This document shows, one piece after another, positions 1 to 9,566 of a stretch of 64,000 nt of DNA. Under the pieces are notes generated by a model. It was given only the letters and a program-made list of their open reading frames with translations. It had not been told where the DNA came from and did no database searches. Positions within the stretch are counted from its first letter, which is position 1. The number at the start of each line of letters is the position of its first letter. The translations under genes were made by a program, and so were the position numbers. Source of the DNA: Polyangiales bacterium (GTDB taxonomy: Bacteria; Myxococcota_A; Polyangia; Polyangiales; Ga0077539); the NCBI GenBank assembly GCA_044229975.1, contig JBGARZ010000011.1, forward strand, positions 192,001 through 256,000, read 5' to 3'.

Positions 1-156
1 GAGGGCGAGCGCGGCGGCGATGACCGCGGTGTGCAACGCGCCGGGTCGGGCGCTGGGCATCGTCGCTCCAACCGAAGCGCCGCAGAACGGGCACGCGGAC
101 TCCGACGAGCGGTGATGTCGATGGCAACCTGCGCAGACGATGAGGGCTTCGGTCAT
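1..156 (-). CDS. Myxobacterial CxxC-x-RH...CPFCG zinc-ribbon small protein (partial, runs off left edge)
   Basis: Not in ORF track. Manual translation from ATG at 156: MTEALIVCAGCHRHHRSSESACPFCGASVGATMPSARPGALHTAVIAAALAL. AGGAG RBS just upstream. Paralogous to 51055..51510. Confidence 0.8.
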   Translation of the reverse strand, partial: MTEALIVCAGCHRHHRSSESACPFCGASVGATMPSARPGALHTAVIAAALAL

Positions 157-240
157 GGCGGCACTCCTGATTACCCCATCGACGGCCGACGGAGGCGTTT
201 GTTCAGAGCAGCGAGCGCGAGGGCATCGAGCGGTTCAAAC

Positions 241-430
241 CGAGAGAGAAAAGAGAGGCCGCCAGGGCGCAAGGGTCGCAAGGAAGAAGGATCCTCACAG
301 CAAGCAGCGCCCTGAACTTGTGAGGCCGCAGAAGCGGCGAGGTCCCCGACGGAGCCTGAACCATCCGCGCGTCTGGCCACTCATCCTGCCTTTCCCTTGC
401 GACCCTTGCGCCCTGGCGGCTTCGCTCTCG
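241..430. repeat. Palindromic intergenic element, family A
   Basis: GCCGCCAGGGCGCAAGGGTCGCAAGG (258-283) is the exact reverse complement of 395-420. Confidence 0.9.
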
Positions 431-443
431 AATTGATCCCCCG

Positions 444-1784
444 TCACCCCGCGATCGCCTCCTGCAACGCGTCGCGCGTGATCCACGCCAGCCGCTCCGC
501 CGTCGGCGTCAGCGTTCCACGGCGCAGCGCCTTGCCGTCCACCTGCCACGACACGGTCACGCCCACCCTCCCCGGTGATCGCGTGACCTTCGCCGCCCGC
601 GGCGACTTCCCGTCGAGCAGCACCTGCCAGCCCGCGTGGCCCGCCAGCGCGCCCTCCGCCAACGATCGCCACAGCGTCACGTGCGCCGTCCGCGGCGCCT
701 TCCCGCAGAGCACAGCCAACGCATCACCGTCCCCCGTGTACGCCGCGCTCGCGCCGAGCACGGCGTTGGCGTCGAGGGCCAGCGGGTCCTTCGTCGGCGT
801 GAGACCCGATCCCAGGTCGATGGTCTGCACCGCGCCGCGCCACTTGCCGCCGACCGACTGCCGGCCCGCCAGCACCGCATGCTCCCGGTCGGGATGAACG
901 TCCACCGTCGCCGCCCCACCGAGCCAGCCCGGGTCGGTCACCTCTTCGTGCGGCGGACGCGAGTCGAACAACACCGCCCCCCGCGACACATCGGCGAGCG
1001 CGACGTCGCCGCGATCCTTCACCGTGCGCGCCCCCGACACCGATTGCAGCAGCAGCCGCGACGGGTCGGTGAAGACCAGCGCGTCGACGTCGCGACCCAC
1101 CGCGCACACCTTGCGGGGAGTGCCGTCGGGCCACGGCTGCAACCACAGCGTCCCGGCGTTGGCGCGCGCGGTCCCGTCGGGCGATGGGCTGCTCAACCAC
1201 ACCGCGATGTCCTCGCCGTCGGGCGAGAGCGTCGCCGCCGCGGCGCGTACATGCGGCAGGCGCGGCAACGCCGTCCACAGGTCGGGCTTGATGTTCGCGA
1301 CCACCTCCAGCTCTGGCAGCGACAGAAGGAAACCCGTTCGCTGCCGAACGTTCTCCCGCAATCCCCCCGTCCACGCCGCGGGCGTAAGCATCACGCGCTC
1401 GGCGCACAGATCGGGGTGACGCGTCGCGCTCATCGACACCCGCACGCGCACCCGCGGCATCCCCCGCAACATCGTCGTCCCCAGCACGCCGCCATCGGGC
1501 ACGGCGTGCAGCACCGCCCTCGCCCCCACCAGCTCCTGCGATCGAACGATCAACAGATGCTCGCTCGACGGCCACGCCAGCGAGAGCACCTCGTGCCCGC
1601 GGATGGTCAGCGCCTCGCGGCCGTCCTCGTGGTCGTACACGCGCACCGCCGAGAAGCCTTCGATGTCCACCGGGTCGGAGGTCGCCAGCCAGCGCCCGTC
1701 CGGGCTCCACGACCAGTGCGTCACCTCGCGCTGCAACACCCGAAGCCCCGGCACCGGGCCGTCTACGATCGCAAGCTCGCTCAT
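444..1784 (-). CDS. WD40/beta-propeller-like hypothetical protein
   Basis: Real part of ORF 444..3047 (start MSELAIVDG). WSWSPDGRWLA and LSPDGEDIAVW blade-like motifs. The upstream part of that ORF is a priA shadow. Confidence 0.65.
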   Translation of the reverse strand: MSELAIVDGPVPGLRVLQREVTHWSWSPDGRWLATSDPVDIEGFSAVRVYDHEDGREALTIRGHEVLSLAWPSSEHLLIVRSQELVGARAVLHAVPDGGVLGTTMLRGMPRVRVRVSMSATRHPDLCAERVMLTPAAWTGGLRENVRQRTGFLLSLPELEVVANIKPDLWTALPRLPHVRAAAATLSPDGEDIAVWLSSPSPDGTARANAGTLWLQPWPDGTPRKVCAVGRDVDALVFTDPSRLLLQSVSGARTVKDRGDVALADVSRGAVLFDSRPPHEEVTDPGWLGGAATVDVHPDREHAVLAGRQSVGGKWRGAVQTIDLGSGLTPTKDPLALDANAVLGASAAYTGDGDALAVLCGKAPRTAHVTLWRSLAEGALAGHAGWQVLLDGKSPRAAKVTRSPGRVGVTVSWQVDGKALRRGTLTPTAERLAWITRDALQEAIAG

Positions 1785-1889
1785 CGCGCGCAGCATACGG
1801 CGCCCCGCGGCCTCGACGACACCGGGACATATCCTGTCCACCAACGAATGGACCTCACCGCGCGCGCGAACTAGAACCGCCAACGTCAT

Positions 1890-4223
1890 ATGGGTCTCAA
1901 CCAACCCGAGCTGTTCGCCCCCGCGCCGCAGTCTGTTCCGGCGATGTTCGTCGAGGTGGCCGTCCCGCTGCCGCTGCGCAACGGGCTGACCTACGCGGTT
2001 CCGCCAGGGCTGGAGCACCACATCGCGCCGGGCGTGCGGGTGGTGGTGCCGGTCAGCGGCCAGCGCGTGGTGGGCTATGTGCTCGCGGTGTCGAAGACGG
2101 CACCCGCGGACATCGACCCGGTGAAGCTGCGGCCGATCTTCCACCTGCTCGAAGCCGAGCCGGTGTTTCCCGAAGACCTGTTGAAGTTTCTGCGCGAGGC
2201 GGCCGACTACTACCTGCACCCCATCGGCGAGGTGCTGCGCACGGCGGCGCCCGCGGTCGAGCGGCGGCGCGGTGATGGTGAAGACCCGCGCGGGACGGGC
2301 CCCTTGAAGGCGTCGCTGAAGGCGCGCTGGGCGAAGGTTCGCGAGGAGACCTTCGTGGCGCTCACGCCCGAGATCGTGGCCGCGAAGCCGAAGCTGCGGG
2401 GCGATCGGCAGGCGCAGGTGGTGGCCATCCTCGAAGCGCGCGGCGAGGTCTCGATGGCCGAGCTCCGCCAGCAGGTGAAGGGCGCGCGCGCGGCGGTGGA
2501 GTCGCTCAAGACGAAGGGCGCGGTGGCGCTCACGCTGCGGGAGATTCCAGACGATCCGTTCTTCGGGGCGCCAGTGCCGAGGGATGTTCCGCCGACGCTG
2601 AGCGCGGCGCAGGCCGACGCGGTGACGGCCATCGTGGGGGCGGTGACGCGGCACGAGCGGGCGACGTTCATGCTGCATGGCGTGACGGGCTCGGGGAAGA
2701 CCGAGGTGTACCTGCACGCCATCGAGTCGGCGCAGAAGGCCGGGCGCGGGGCGTTGTTGTTGTTGCCCGAGATCGCGCTCACGCCGCAGCTCGTGGCCCG
2801 CTACCGCGCGCGCTTCGGCGACAACCTCGCGGTCATGCACTCGGGCCTCAAGGATCAAGACCGCCACGCCATGTGGCGCAAGCTGCACCAGGGCGAGTGC
2901 TCGGTGGTGATCGGGGCGCGCAGCGCGGTGTTTGCGCCCATCCACGACCTCGGGCTCATCGTGGTGGATGAAGAGCACGACGGGTCGTTCAAGCAGGACG
3001 ATCACTTCCGCTATCACGGGCGCGACCTGGCGCTCTTGCGGGCTCATCGGCTGGGCGTGCCGTGCGTGCTGGGCAGTGCGACGCCGTCGGTGGAGAGCTA
3101 CCAGGCGGCGATGGAGGGTCGCTACCAGCTATTGCACCTGCCCGATCGGCCCACGGTGGCGCTGCTGCCGTCGGTGGAGATCGTCGACCTGAAGCGCGTG
3201 GGTCCGCGCGGCCCGACGGGGCACGAGCTCTTGTCGCTGCCGATGGTGCGCGCCATCGACGCGACGCTGAAGCGCAAGGAGCAGGTGATTCTCTTCCTCA
3301 ACCGTCGCGGCTTTGCGCCGACGGTTCGGTGCGTGCGGTGCGACGCGGCGATGGAGTGCCCGTCGTGCAGCGTGGCGCTGGTGCTACACCGCCGCGAGGG
3401 GTCGCTGCGCTGCCACTATTGCGACTTCAAGGTTCCGTTCACGGGGGCGTGCATCAAGTGCGCGTGCACCGAGATCAACCTGTTGGGTGTCGGAACGGAG
3501 AAGCTGGAGCGGGCGATCATCGACTCGTTTCCATCGGCGCGCATCGGTCGATTGGACCGTGACGTGGCGAGCGGCATGGGCACCGAGGCGGTGCTGGAGA
3601 AGCTGCGCACGGGCGAGCTCGACGTGCTGGTCGGGACGCAGATGGTCACCAAGGGGCACGACATGCCGAGAGTGACGCTGGTGGGTGTCATCACGGCCGA
3701 CGCGGCGCTGGCGTTTCCGGACTTCCGCTCGGCGGAGCGGACGTTTCAGTTGCTGGCGCAGGTGGCCGGTCGCGCGGGGCGGAGGGACCTCAAGGGCCAT
3801 GTGGTGATCCAGTCGTATCAGCCCGACCACCCGGTGTTGCAGCACGCGAGGGCGCACGACTACGAGGGCTTCTTCCACGAGGAGATCGCGGCGCGGCGCG
3901 AGCTGGGTTACCCGCCGTTCGGAAGGCTCGCGGCGGTGAAGATGGACGGGCCCGACGAGGAGAAGCTGCAGGAGATGGCGCGGCGGCTGGACGGGTTCCT
4001 GCGGTCGACGCCGGAGGTGCTGTCGGGGAAGGTGAAGGTGCTGGGCCCGGCGCCGTCGCCCATCGAGCGGCTGCGCGGGCGGTGGCGGATGCAGTCGCTG
4101 CTGCGCTGCCCCGAGCGGCCGGCGCTGCGGCGTGTGCTGCTGCACCTGATCGACGGGATGGAGACGTTTACGAGGGATGGTATCCGCGTAGCCGTCGACG
4201 TCGACCCGGTGCAGATGCTGTAG
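1890..4223 (+). CDS. priA: Primosomal protein N' (replication restart helicase)
   Basis: Walker A GVTGSGKT, LLPEIALTPQ, DEEH, GSATPS, Cys-rich zinc region, GTQMVTKGHD, QVAGRAGR, C-terminal VDVDP. Confidence 0.97.
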   Translation: MGLNQPELFAPAPQSVPAMFVEVAVPLPLRNGLTYAVPPGLEHHIAPGVRVVVPVSGQRVVGYVLAVSKTAPADIDPVKLRPIFHLLEAEPVFPEDLLKFLREAADYYLHPIGEVLRTAAPAVERRRGDGEDPRGTGPLKASLKARWAKVREETFVALTPEIVAAKPKLRGDRQAQVVAILEARGEVSMAELRQQVKGARAAVESLKTKGAVALTLREIPDDPFFGAPVPRDVPPTLSAAQADAVTAIVGAVTRHERATFMLHGVTGSGKTEVYLHAIESAQKAGRGALLLLPEIALTPQLVARYRARFGDNLAVMHSGLKDQDRHAMWRKLHQGECSVVIGARSAVFAPIHDLGLIVVDEEHDGSFKQDDHFRYHGRDLALLRAHRLGVPCVLGSATPSVESYQAAMEGRYQLLHLPDRPTVALLPSVEIVDLKRVGPRGPTGHELLSLPMVRAIDATLKRKEQVILFLNRRGFAPTVRCVRCDAAMECPSCSVALVLHRREGSLRCHYCDFKVPFTGACIKCACTEINLLGVGTEKLERAIIDSFPSARIGRLDRDVASGMGTEAVLEKLRTGELDVLVGTQMVTKGHDMPRVTLVGVITADAALAFPDFRSAERTFQLLAQVAGRAGRRDLKGHVVIQSYQPDHPVLQHARAHDYEGFFHEEIAARRELGYPPFGRLAAVKMDGPDEEKLQEMARRLDGFLRSTPEVLSGKVKVLGPAPSPIERLRGRWRMQSLLRCPERPALRRVLLHLIDGMETFTRDGIRVAVDVDPVQML

Positions 4224-4267
4224 GCACCGGGCTGGTCACCCACTGTCCACGGCGTTACACGGAGGCC

Positions 4268-5416
4268 TTGCACCCCACGTCGCCTCCTGAAGACCGCGCC
4301 TCCATTCCACCGCGCCCGGTCGAGCATCGTGTGCTCGCGCTCGCGGCCTTCGCGCTCTTCGCCGGCGTCGTGCTCGCGACCGTGGGGCGCATCCTGCTGC
4401 CCTACTTCGCGCCCATCCTCCTCGCGGGGATGATCGTCTCCGTCACCCACAAGCGCTACGAGCAGCTCACCGCACGCCTCAAGGGCCGCCGCGAACTCGC
4501 CGCCGCCCTCATGCTCACCGGCATCGTCCTGCTGGTCATCGTTCCGCTGGTGTTGATGTCGCTGCTGCTCATCCAGCAGGCGTCGTCGCTCGTCGAGGCC
4601 ATGCGCGACGTCGACGTCCGCGGCATCAACGACGACCCGCGCGTCGTGCGCCTCCTGGGCATGGTCCAGCGCTATGTCCCGGGCGTCACACCAGGCTCCA
4701 TCAACCCGCAGGCGATGCTCGTCGGCGCGGTGCGCGCGCTGCCCGGGCTCGTCGCCACGTCGGGTGGGCGCCTTCTCGGCGGCGTCGCCAGCCTCGCCTT
4801 CGGCTTCCTCGCGATGCTGCTGTTGACCTTCTATTTCTACACCGAGGGCGACCGCCTCGCCGACGAGGTCGCCTCGCTCTCGCCGCTGCCTGCGTCGTCC
4901 AATCGCGAGATCGCCGCCACCTTCCGTGATGTCGTCGACAGCACCTTCCGCGGACAGCTCGTCACCTCGCTCTCGCAGGGCTTCGCCACCGCCGTCGGCC
5001 TCTGGATCACCGGCGTCCCCAGCGCGGCCTTCTGGGGCGCCGTCGCGTCGCTCTTCGCGCTCATCCCCCTCGTCGGACCGGCCATCGTCTGGGGCCCCGC
5101 GACGGCGTACCTCTTCTTCCGCACCAACCACGGCGGACCGCTCTGGAAGCCCATCGTGATGCTCGTCTGGGGCCTCGTCGTCGTGTCGCTCATCGACAAC
5201 GTCGTGCGCCCGCTGGTCATGAGCGGCGGAACCAAGCTCTCCGCCATCGTCCTCTTCTTCGCCATCATCGGCGGTCTCCAGGCCTTCGGGTTCATCGGAC
5301 TGCTGCTCGGTCCGCTGGTGTTCGCGCTGCTCGTGACGGTGGTGCATCTCTACAAGCGCCTCGTGCTGGGCCGCTCCACGGCGCGATCGTCGCTCGCCGA
5401 GACGAAGCCCGAGTAG
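4268..5416 (+). CDS. AI-2E family transporter
   Basis: Multiple TM segments, FYFYTEG, LIPLVGPAIVWGP, IDNVVRP, GGLQAFGFIGLLLGP. Start (TTG 4268) is uncertain. Confidence 0.88.
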   Translation: MHPTSPPEDRASIPPRPVEHRVLALAAFALFAGVVLATVGRILLPYFAPILLAGMIVSVTHKRYEQLTARLKGRRELAAALMLTGIVLLVIVPLVLMSLLLIQQASSLVEAMRDVDVRGINDDPRVVRLLGMVQRYVPGVTPGSINPQAMLVGAVRALPGLVATSGGRLLGGVASLAFGFLAMLLLTFYFYTEGDRLADEVASLSPLPASSNREIAATFRDVVDSTFRGQLVTSLSQGFATAVGLWITGVPSAAFWGAVASLFALIPLVGPAIVWGPATAYLFFRTNHGGPLWKPIVMLVWGLVVVSLIDNVVRPLVMSGGTKLSAIVLFFAIIGGLQAFGFIGLLLGPLVFALLVTVVHLYKRLVLGRSTARSSLAETKPE

Positions 5417-5462
5417 CGCGGTCTCTTCGTGCTGCGCGGGGCGTTGGGCTATACGTCGGGCC

Positions 5463-6764
5463 GTGCGGTCGGCGCGGCGTTGGATGTGTGCGGTGGTGCT
5501 GCTCGGCGCGTCCCTCGGGTGCGCGGGCGCGGCGTCCCCCATCCGCGCGGCGGCCCGTCAGGGAGACATCCCGACGGCGCTGCGGCTCTACCAGGAGTAC
5601 ACGGAGACCCGCGGGCTCGGCGACGCCGACCTGCTCGCCGAGGTCGCGCAGCAGGTGCTCCGCAACGCCGCCGCGAGCGCGGACGCCCCCACACGATCGG
5701 CGGGCTTCTCGGCCATCGCGGGCCTCGGTAGCCGCGGCCGCGACCTCCTCGAAGACCTCGCCGAGCAGCCCAACGTCGTCGGTGACCGCGCCGCCGCCGC
5801 GCTCTACGAGCTCAACGGGCGCTCCGGAAACCCGCCGCCCCGCCTCGCCGCCGCCCTGCGCAGCCGCGACCGCGAGCGCCGCGTCGCTGCGATGGTGACG
5901 CTGCGCGGACCGACCGGCGCACGACGACTGATGCGCTGGTTGCGCCGCGGCGAGCCGCTGCTGCGGGCGGCGTCGGCGCGCGCGCTCTCGCGGTGGCGCG
6001 ACGACGCGGCCGTGACCGAGGCGCTGGTGACCGCCCTCCATGATGACGCCGAGGGGAGCGTTCGCGCGGCGGCCGCGATGGCCCTCGGAGGCCGCGGTGA
6101 GGACGTCGCCGAGGTGCTGCTCGCGGCGCTCGAAGACCGCGATCCGCTGGTGCGGATGAGCGTTCCGTCGGCGGTGATGGCGGCGTCGCCGACGCGGGGG
6201 CGCGAGGCGCTCGCCGAGCTGCTGACGGAGACCCCGACGCCGCTGTCGGTGGAGGCCGCGCGCGTGCTGGTGTCGCGCGCCGATGCGCGGGGCGACGCGT
6301 ACCTGCTGCGGGTGCTCACCTCGGGCGCGCGGCGCGAGCTGCGGGCGCAGGCGGCGGTGGGCGCGGTCGGCATGGCGACGCGTCAGTCCGAGGCGCTGCA
6401 ACGGCTCTTGCGCGACGACGACCACGAGGTGGCGCTGCGGGTGGCGTCGGCGCTCGCGCGGCAGGAGTCGACCCGCCAGGAGGCCCTCGCGGCGCTGCGG
6501 CCGATGGCGCGATTGCCCGACGGGTTCGTGGCCATCCGGGCACTCGCGGCGCTGGCGCAGTACGGCGACGCGACGGCGGCCGACCCCATCCGCGAGGCCC
6601 TCGACGCGCCCGACGCGACGGTGCGGAGACTCGCCGTGCTGGCCTGGAGCGACGCCACGGGAGCGAGCGGCGACTGCGACCCGCTGGGCCCGCGGCTGCG
6701 GGACGACGACCGCTCCGTGGCGCTCCTTGCAGCAGTGGAGATCATCCTCGTCGCAGCGCGTTGA
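5463..6764 (+). CDS. HEAT-repeat lipoprotein
   Basis: Lipobox-like GASLGC, repeated LxDxDxxVRxxAAxAL motifs. Confidence 0.8.
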   Translation: MRSARRWMCAVVLLGASLGCAGAASPIRAAARQGDIPTALRLYQEYTETRGLGDADLLAEVAQQVLRNAAASADAPTRSAGFSAIAGLGSRGRDLLEDLAEQPNVVGDRAAAALYELNGRSGNPPPRLAAALRSRDRERRVAAMVTLRGPTGARRLMRWLRRGEPLLRAASARALSRWRDDAAVTEALVTALHDDAEGSVRAAAAMALGGRGEDVAEVLLAALEDRDPLVRMSVPSAVMAASPTRGREALAELLTETPTPLSVEAARVLVSRADARGDAYLLRVLTSGARRELRAQAAVGAVGMATRQSEALQRLLRDDDHEVALRVASALARQESTRQEALAALRPMARLPDGFVAIRALAALAQYGDATAADPIREALDAPDATVRRLAVLAWSDATGASGDCDPLGPRLRDDDRSVALLAAVEIILVAAR

Positions 6765-6930
6765 TGGCGTCACGGCGCGTCATCATTTCGACGCGATTTC
6801 TTCGCTTGGCAGCTATTGACGTCCCTCTACTCGGGTGACATATGGCTCCAGTATACTGAAACCGCGAGGGTTGATGCGTCGGCTATGGGTGGCCGGTGTG
6901 ACCTCGTGATCGGTGACGGAGTCGACGTCC

Positions 6931-7569
6931 ATGAGCCTCACGCTTGGCAGCATCGCACCGGATTTCGAGCAGCAGTCCACGGCCGGCACCATCAAGTTTC
7001 ACGAGTGGGCTGGGAAGTCGTGGGTGATTCTCTTCTCGCACCCGAAGGACTTCACGCCGGTGTGCACCACCGAGCTGGGTTACGTCGCGCGCATCAAGCC
7101 CGACCTCGACAAGCGCAACGTGAAGGCCATCGCGCTCAGCGTGGACGACGTCGACTCGCACCACCGTTGGGCCGGTGACATCGAGGAGACGCAGGGCACG
7201 GCGCTCAACTTCCCGGTGCTGGCCGACGCCGACCGGAAGGTCGCGACGCTCTACGGGATGATCCACCCGCAGGCGAGCGACACGCTCACGGTGCGCTCGG
7301 TGTTCGTCATCGACCCCAACAAGAAGATCCGCGCGACGCTCACCTACCCGGCGAGCACGGGGCGCAACTTCGACGAGATCCTGCGGCTGGTCGACTCGCT
7401 CCAGCTCACCGACAGCCACTCCGTCGCGACGCCCGCCAACTGGAAGGACGGCGAGGACGTGGTGATCGTCCCGTCGATCCAGGACCCGGCGGTGATCGCG
7501 GAGAAGTTCCCCAAGGGCTTCAAGGCCGTGAAGCCGTACCTCCGGCTCACCCCGCAGCCCAACCGCTGA
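6931..7569 (+). CDS. 1-Cys peroxiredoxin (Prx6 family)
   Basis: FSHPKDFTPVCTTE active site, TGRNFDEILR, VATPANWKDG, PYLR. Confidence 0.95.
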   Translation: MSLTLGSIAPDFEQQSTAGTIKFHEWAGKSWVILFSHPKDFTPVCTTELGYVARIKPDLDKRNVKAIALSVDDVDSHHRWAGDIEETQGTALNFPVLADADRKVATLYGMIHPQASDTLTVRSVFVIDPNKKIRATLTYPASTGRNFDEILRLVDSLQLTDSHSVATPANWKDGEDVVIVPSIQDPAVIAEKFPKGFKAVKPYLRLTPQPNR

Positions 7570-7687
7570 TCGCACGACGCCGCGGCCGCCGCGGCCGGGA
7601 CGACGACTACACCCGCTTGCGCGCGCCCCACTGCGAGGCGCCGAGCCGTGGTCGCCGTCCCGACCGCCGCGACGCGGACCCACCGCT

Positions 7688-9265
7688 TCAGTCGACGCGC
7701 CTGCGCTGACCGTTGCCCGCGCCGGCCAGACGAAACTCATCCTGGCTCCAGATGGGCACCGGTTCGTACGACACCCGCACGCCCGTTGGCGCCACGCTCG
7801 CAGGACGCTCGACGACCGCGACCGGAGGCGGAGCCGCGACCTCCGTGAACACGGGCGTGCTGGCGATGCGCTGCAACCGAGCGAAGCCGCCGTGCTGCTG
7901 CGACGCGAGGCGGGCGAGCGTGTTGCGCTCGGCGCGTGAGGCGGGCATCCCCGCCTGTTCGAGGGTGAGGAGCGTTCCGCGGACGACAGCCAGCGCCGAC
8001 TCGTCGAGCTCCTTCTCGGCGGCGCGGTGGGCCATCGCCAGGATGAAGTCCGCGCGAAACGCCGCGCCCGTCGTGCGATCGCGCAGCAGCCCCAGCACCA
8101 CCTCGCTCGCGGAGACGCCGCCCGCCGCGTCGAGATCGTCCTCCAGCGACGCTTCGGCGCCGCGCTCGGAGAGGTCGTCGACCTCCATTTCGCTCCGCAG
8201 CCGCTGCACCAGCGCCTCCACGCTACGGGACTCCCGCGAGCGCTCCTCCTGACGCTTCGCCTCGACGCGCACCGCCTGCGCGATCACCCGTTCGACCCGC
8301 TCGCGCGCGAGCCACGGGTGCGACGACACCGCGCTCCCCACCCAGCGCGGCCACGCCGACGTGGCGCTCGACCACCCGCGATCGAGCTTGCGCGACAGGT
8401 GCCACGCCATCCACTCGGCGACGCGCGCGAGCAGCCCCGTCACGGCGACACCCGCCACCGACGCCACGAGCACCGGCGCCAGCCACAACACCAGGTAGAT
8501 CAGCTGCCAGATCGCGGCGCCGAAGCCACCGCCGATGCCCGACGCGACGATGAGCCCGGCCGCGCCGACGAGTGTCCCGGCGCCCGCGACCTTGCGCGCC
8601 AAGGCCGCCGTGACCGCGCCGCGCGACTCGACGAGGCGCGGGCGCGGGCGTTCTTCCCGGCGCTCGTAGCGTCGGCTGGCGAGGGCGTCGCCGATCCACC
8701 AGGACAGGAGCCACGCGACCGCGAGCGAGGCCACGCCGGCCGAGAGCAGGTGCGACACCGCGCGGCCGGCGAGAAAGCCGTCCGCCAGCCAACCATGGAA
8801 GGGCTCCGGGAGCGCGCTGTACCCGTAGGCCCAGAGCGACGCCGCGAAGACCATCGCTGCGGCCAGACCGACGTTGACCGCGGCCATGACCGCGGGCGCA
8901 CAGAGCGGCGACGCAGTGACGCGGCGGATCACCTCGGCGCCCTGACTGACCCGACGGCGCGGCAGTGACTCGCGGGGACAGACGACCTCCAGCGCGAGCG
9001 CGAGCTCACCCGCCGCGTGGGTGAGAGCGGGGCGTTGGAGCGACGCGACGCGCAGCGTGTGGAGGCTCTCACGGAGAGGGAGGCTCCCGGCCAGCCAGCG
9101 GAGTTCGCGCAGCGATGATGCGGCGAGCAGCTCGCGCTGAAGAACGGCGAGCGCGTCCTCCACCACGCCGATGTGCCCGGCGTCCAGGAGCACCCGATGG
9201 GAGACGATCACCTCCGCGGCAGCCTGCATCCGGCGGTGTTCGCGCCGTACGTGCCCTCTGCTCAT
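7688..9265 (-). CDS. Hypothetical membrane protein
   Basis: About 4 hydrophobic segments and plausible codon usage. No recognised family. Confidence 0.55.
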   Translation of the reverse strand: MSRGHVRREHRRMQAAAEVIVSHRVLLDAGHIGVVEDALAVLQRELLAASSLRELRWLAGSLPLRESLHTLRVASLQRPALTHAAGELALALEVVCPRESLPRRRVSQGAEVIRRVTASPLCAPAVMAAVNVGLAAAMVFAASLWAYGYSALPEPFHGWLADGFLAGRAVSHLLSAGVASLAVAWLLSWWIGDALASRRYERREERPRPRLVESRGAVTAALARKVAGAGTLVGAAGLIVASGIGGGFGAAIWQLIYLVLWLAPVLVASVAGVAVTGLLARVAEWMAWHLSRKLDRGWSSATSAWPRWVGSAVSSHPWLARERVERVIAQAVRVEAKRQEERSRESRSVEALVQRLRSEMEVDDLSERGAEASLEDDLDAAGGVSASEVVLGLLRDRTTGAAFRADFILAMAHRAAEKELDESALAVVRGTLLTLEQAGMPASRAERNTLARLASQQHGGFARLQRIASTPVFTEVAAPPPVAVVERPASVAPTGVRVSYEPVPIWSQDEFRLAGAGNGQRRRVD

Positions 9266-9390
9266 GCGTCGACTCTCTTCCTGCCGTCCCCCACGGGGCG
9301 GCCCACGGATGCAAGCTCATCCGCGGCGCCGCGCAAGGAACGACCGGAGAGCCTACGCCGCCCGTCGCCAGGTCCTCTTCACGGGAGAGT

Positions 9391-9550
9391 GGAAGGGCTG
9401 CGGCAGATCCAGCCGCAAGGGCGCCAGGGTCGCAAGGATCAGAGGAGAGGAGAGGATGAGCAAGGAGACGAGAGGAAGGTCTGTGGCCCAACACCTCTGA
9501 CCCTTGCGACCCTTGCGTCCTGGCGGCCAGATCCGCCGTAGCCCCTTTCC
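9391..9550. repeat. Palindromic intergenic element, family A
   Basis: Imperfect ~55-bp arms (9391-9445 vs 9494-9550) with core GCCGCAAGGGCGCCAGGGTCGCAAGG. Confidence 0.88.
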
Positions 9551-9566
9551 CCCCAGTGGCGAGGTG

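Noticed and set aside
1785..3047. N-terminal extension of ORF 444..3047 (likewise the extensions of 9567..12386, 41287..43911 and 40850..42256)
   Set aside because: They overlap well-supported genes, and downstream starts give coherent proteins.
6765..6930. Riboswitch, leader peptide or sigma70 promoter upstream of the peroxiredoxin
   Set aside because: TTGACG and TATACT are present but not at canonical spacing, and no recognisable RNA motif is seen.
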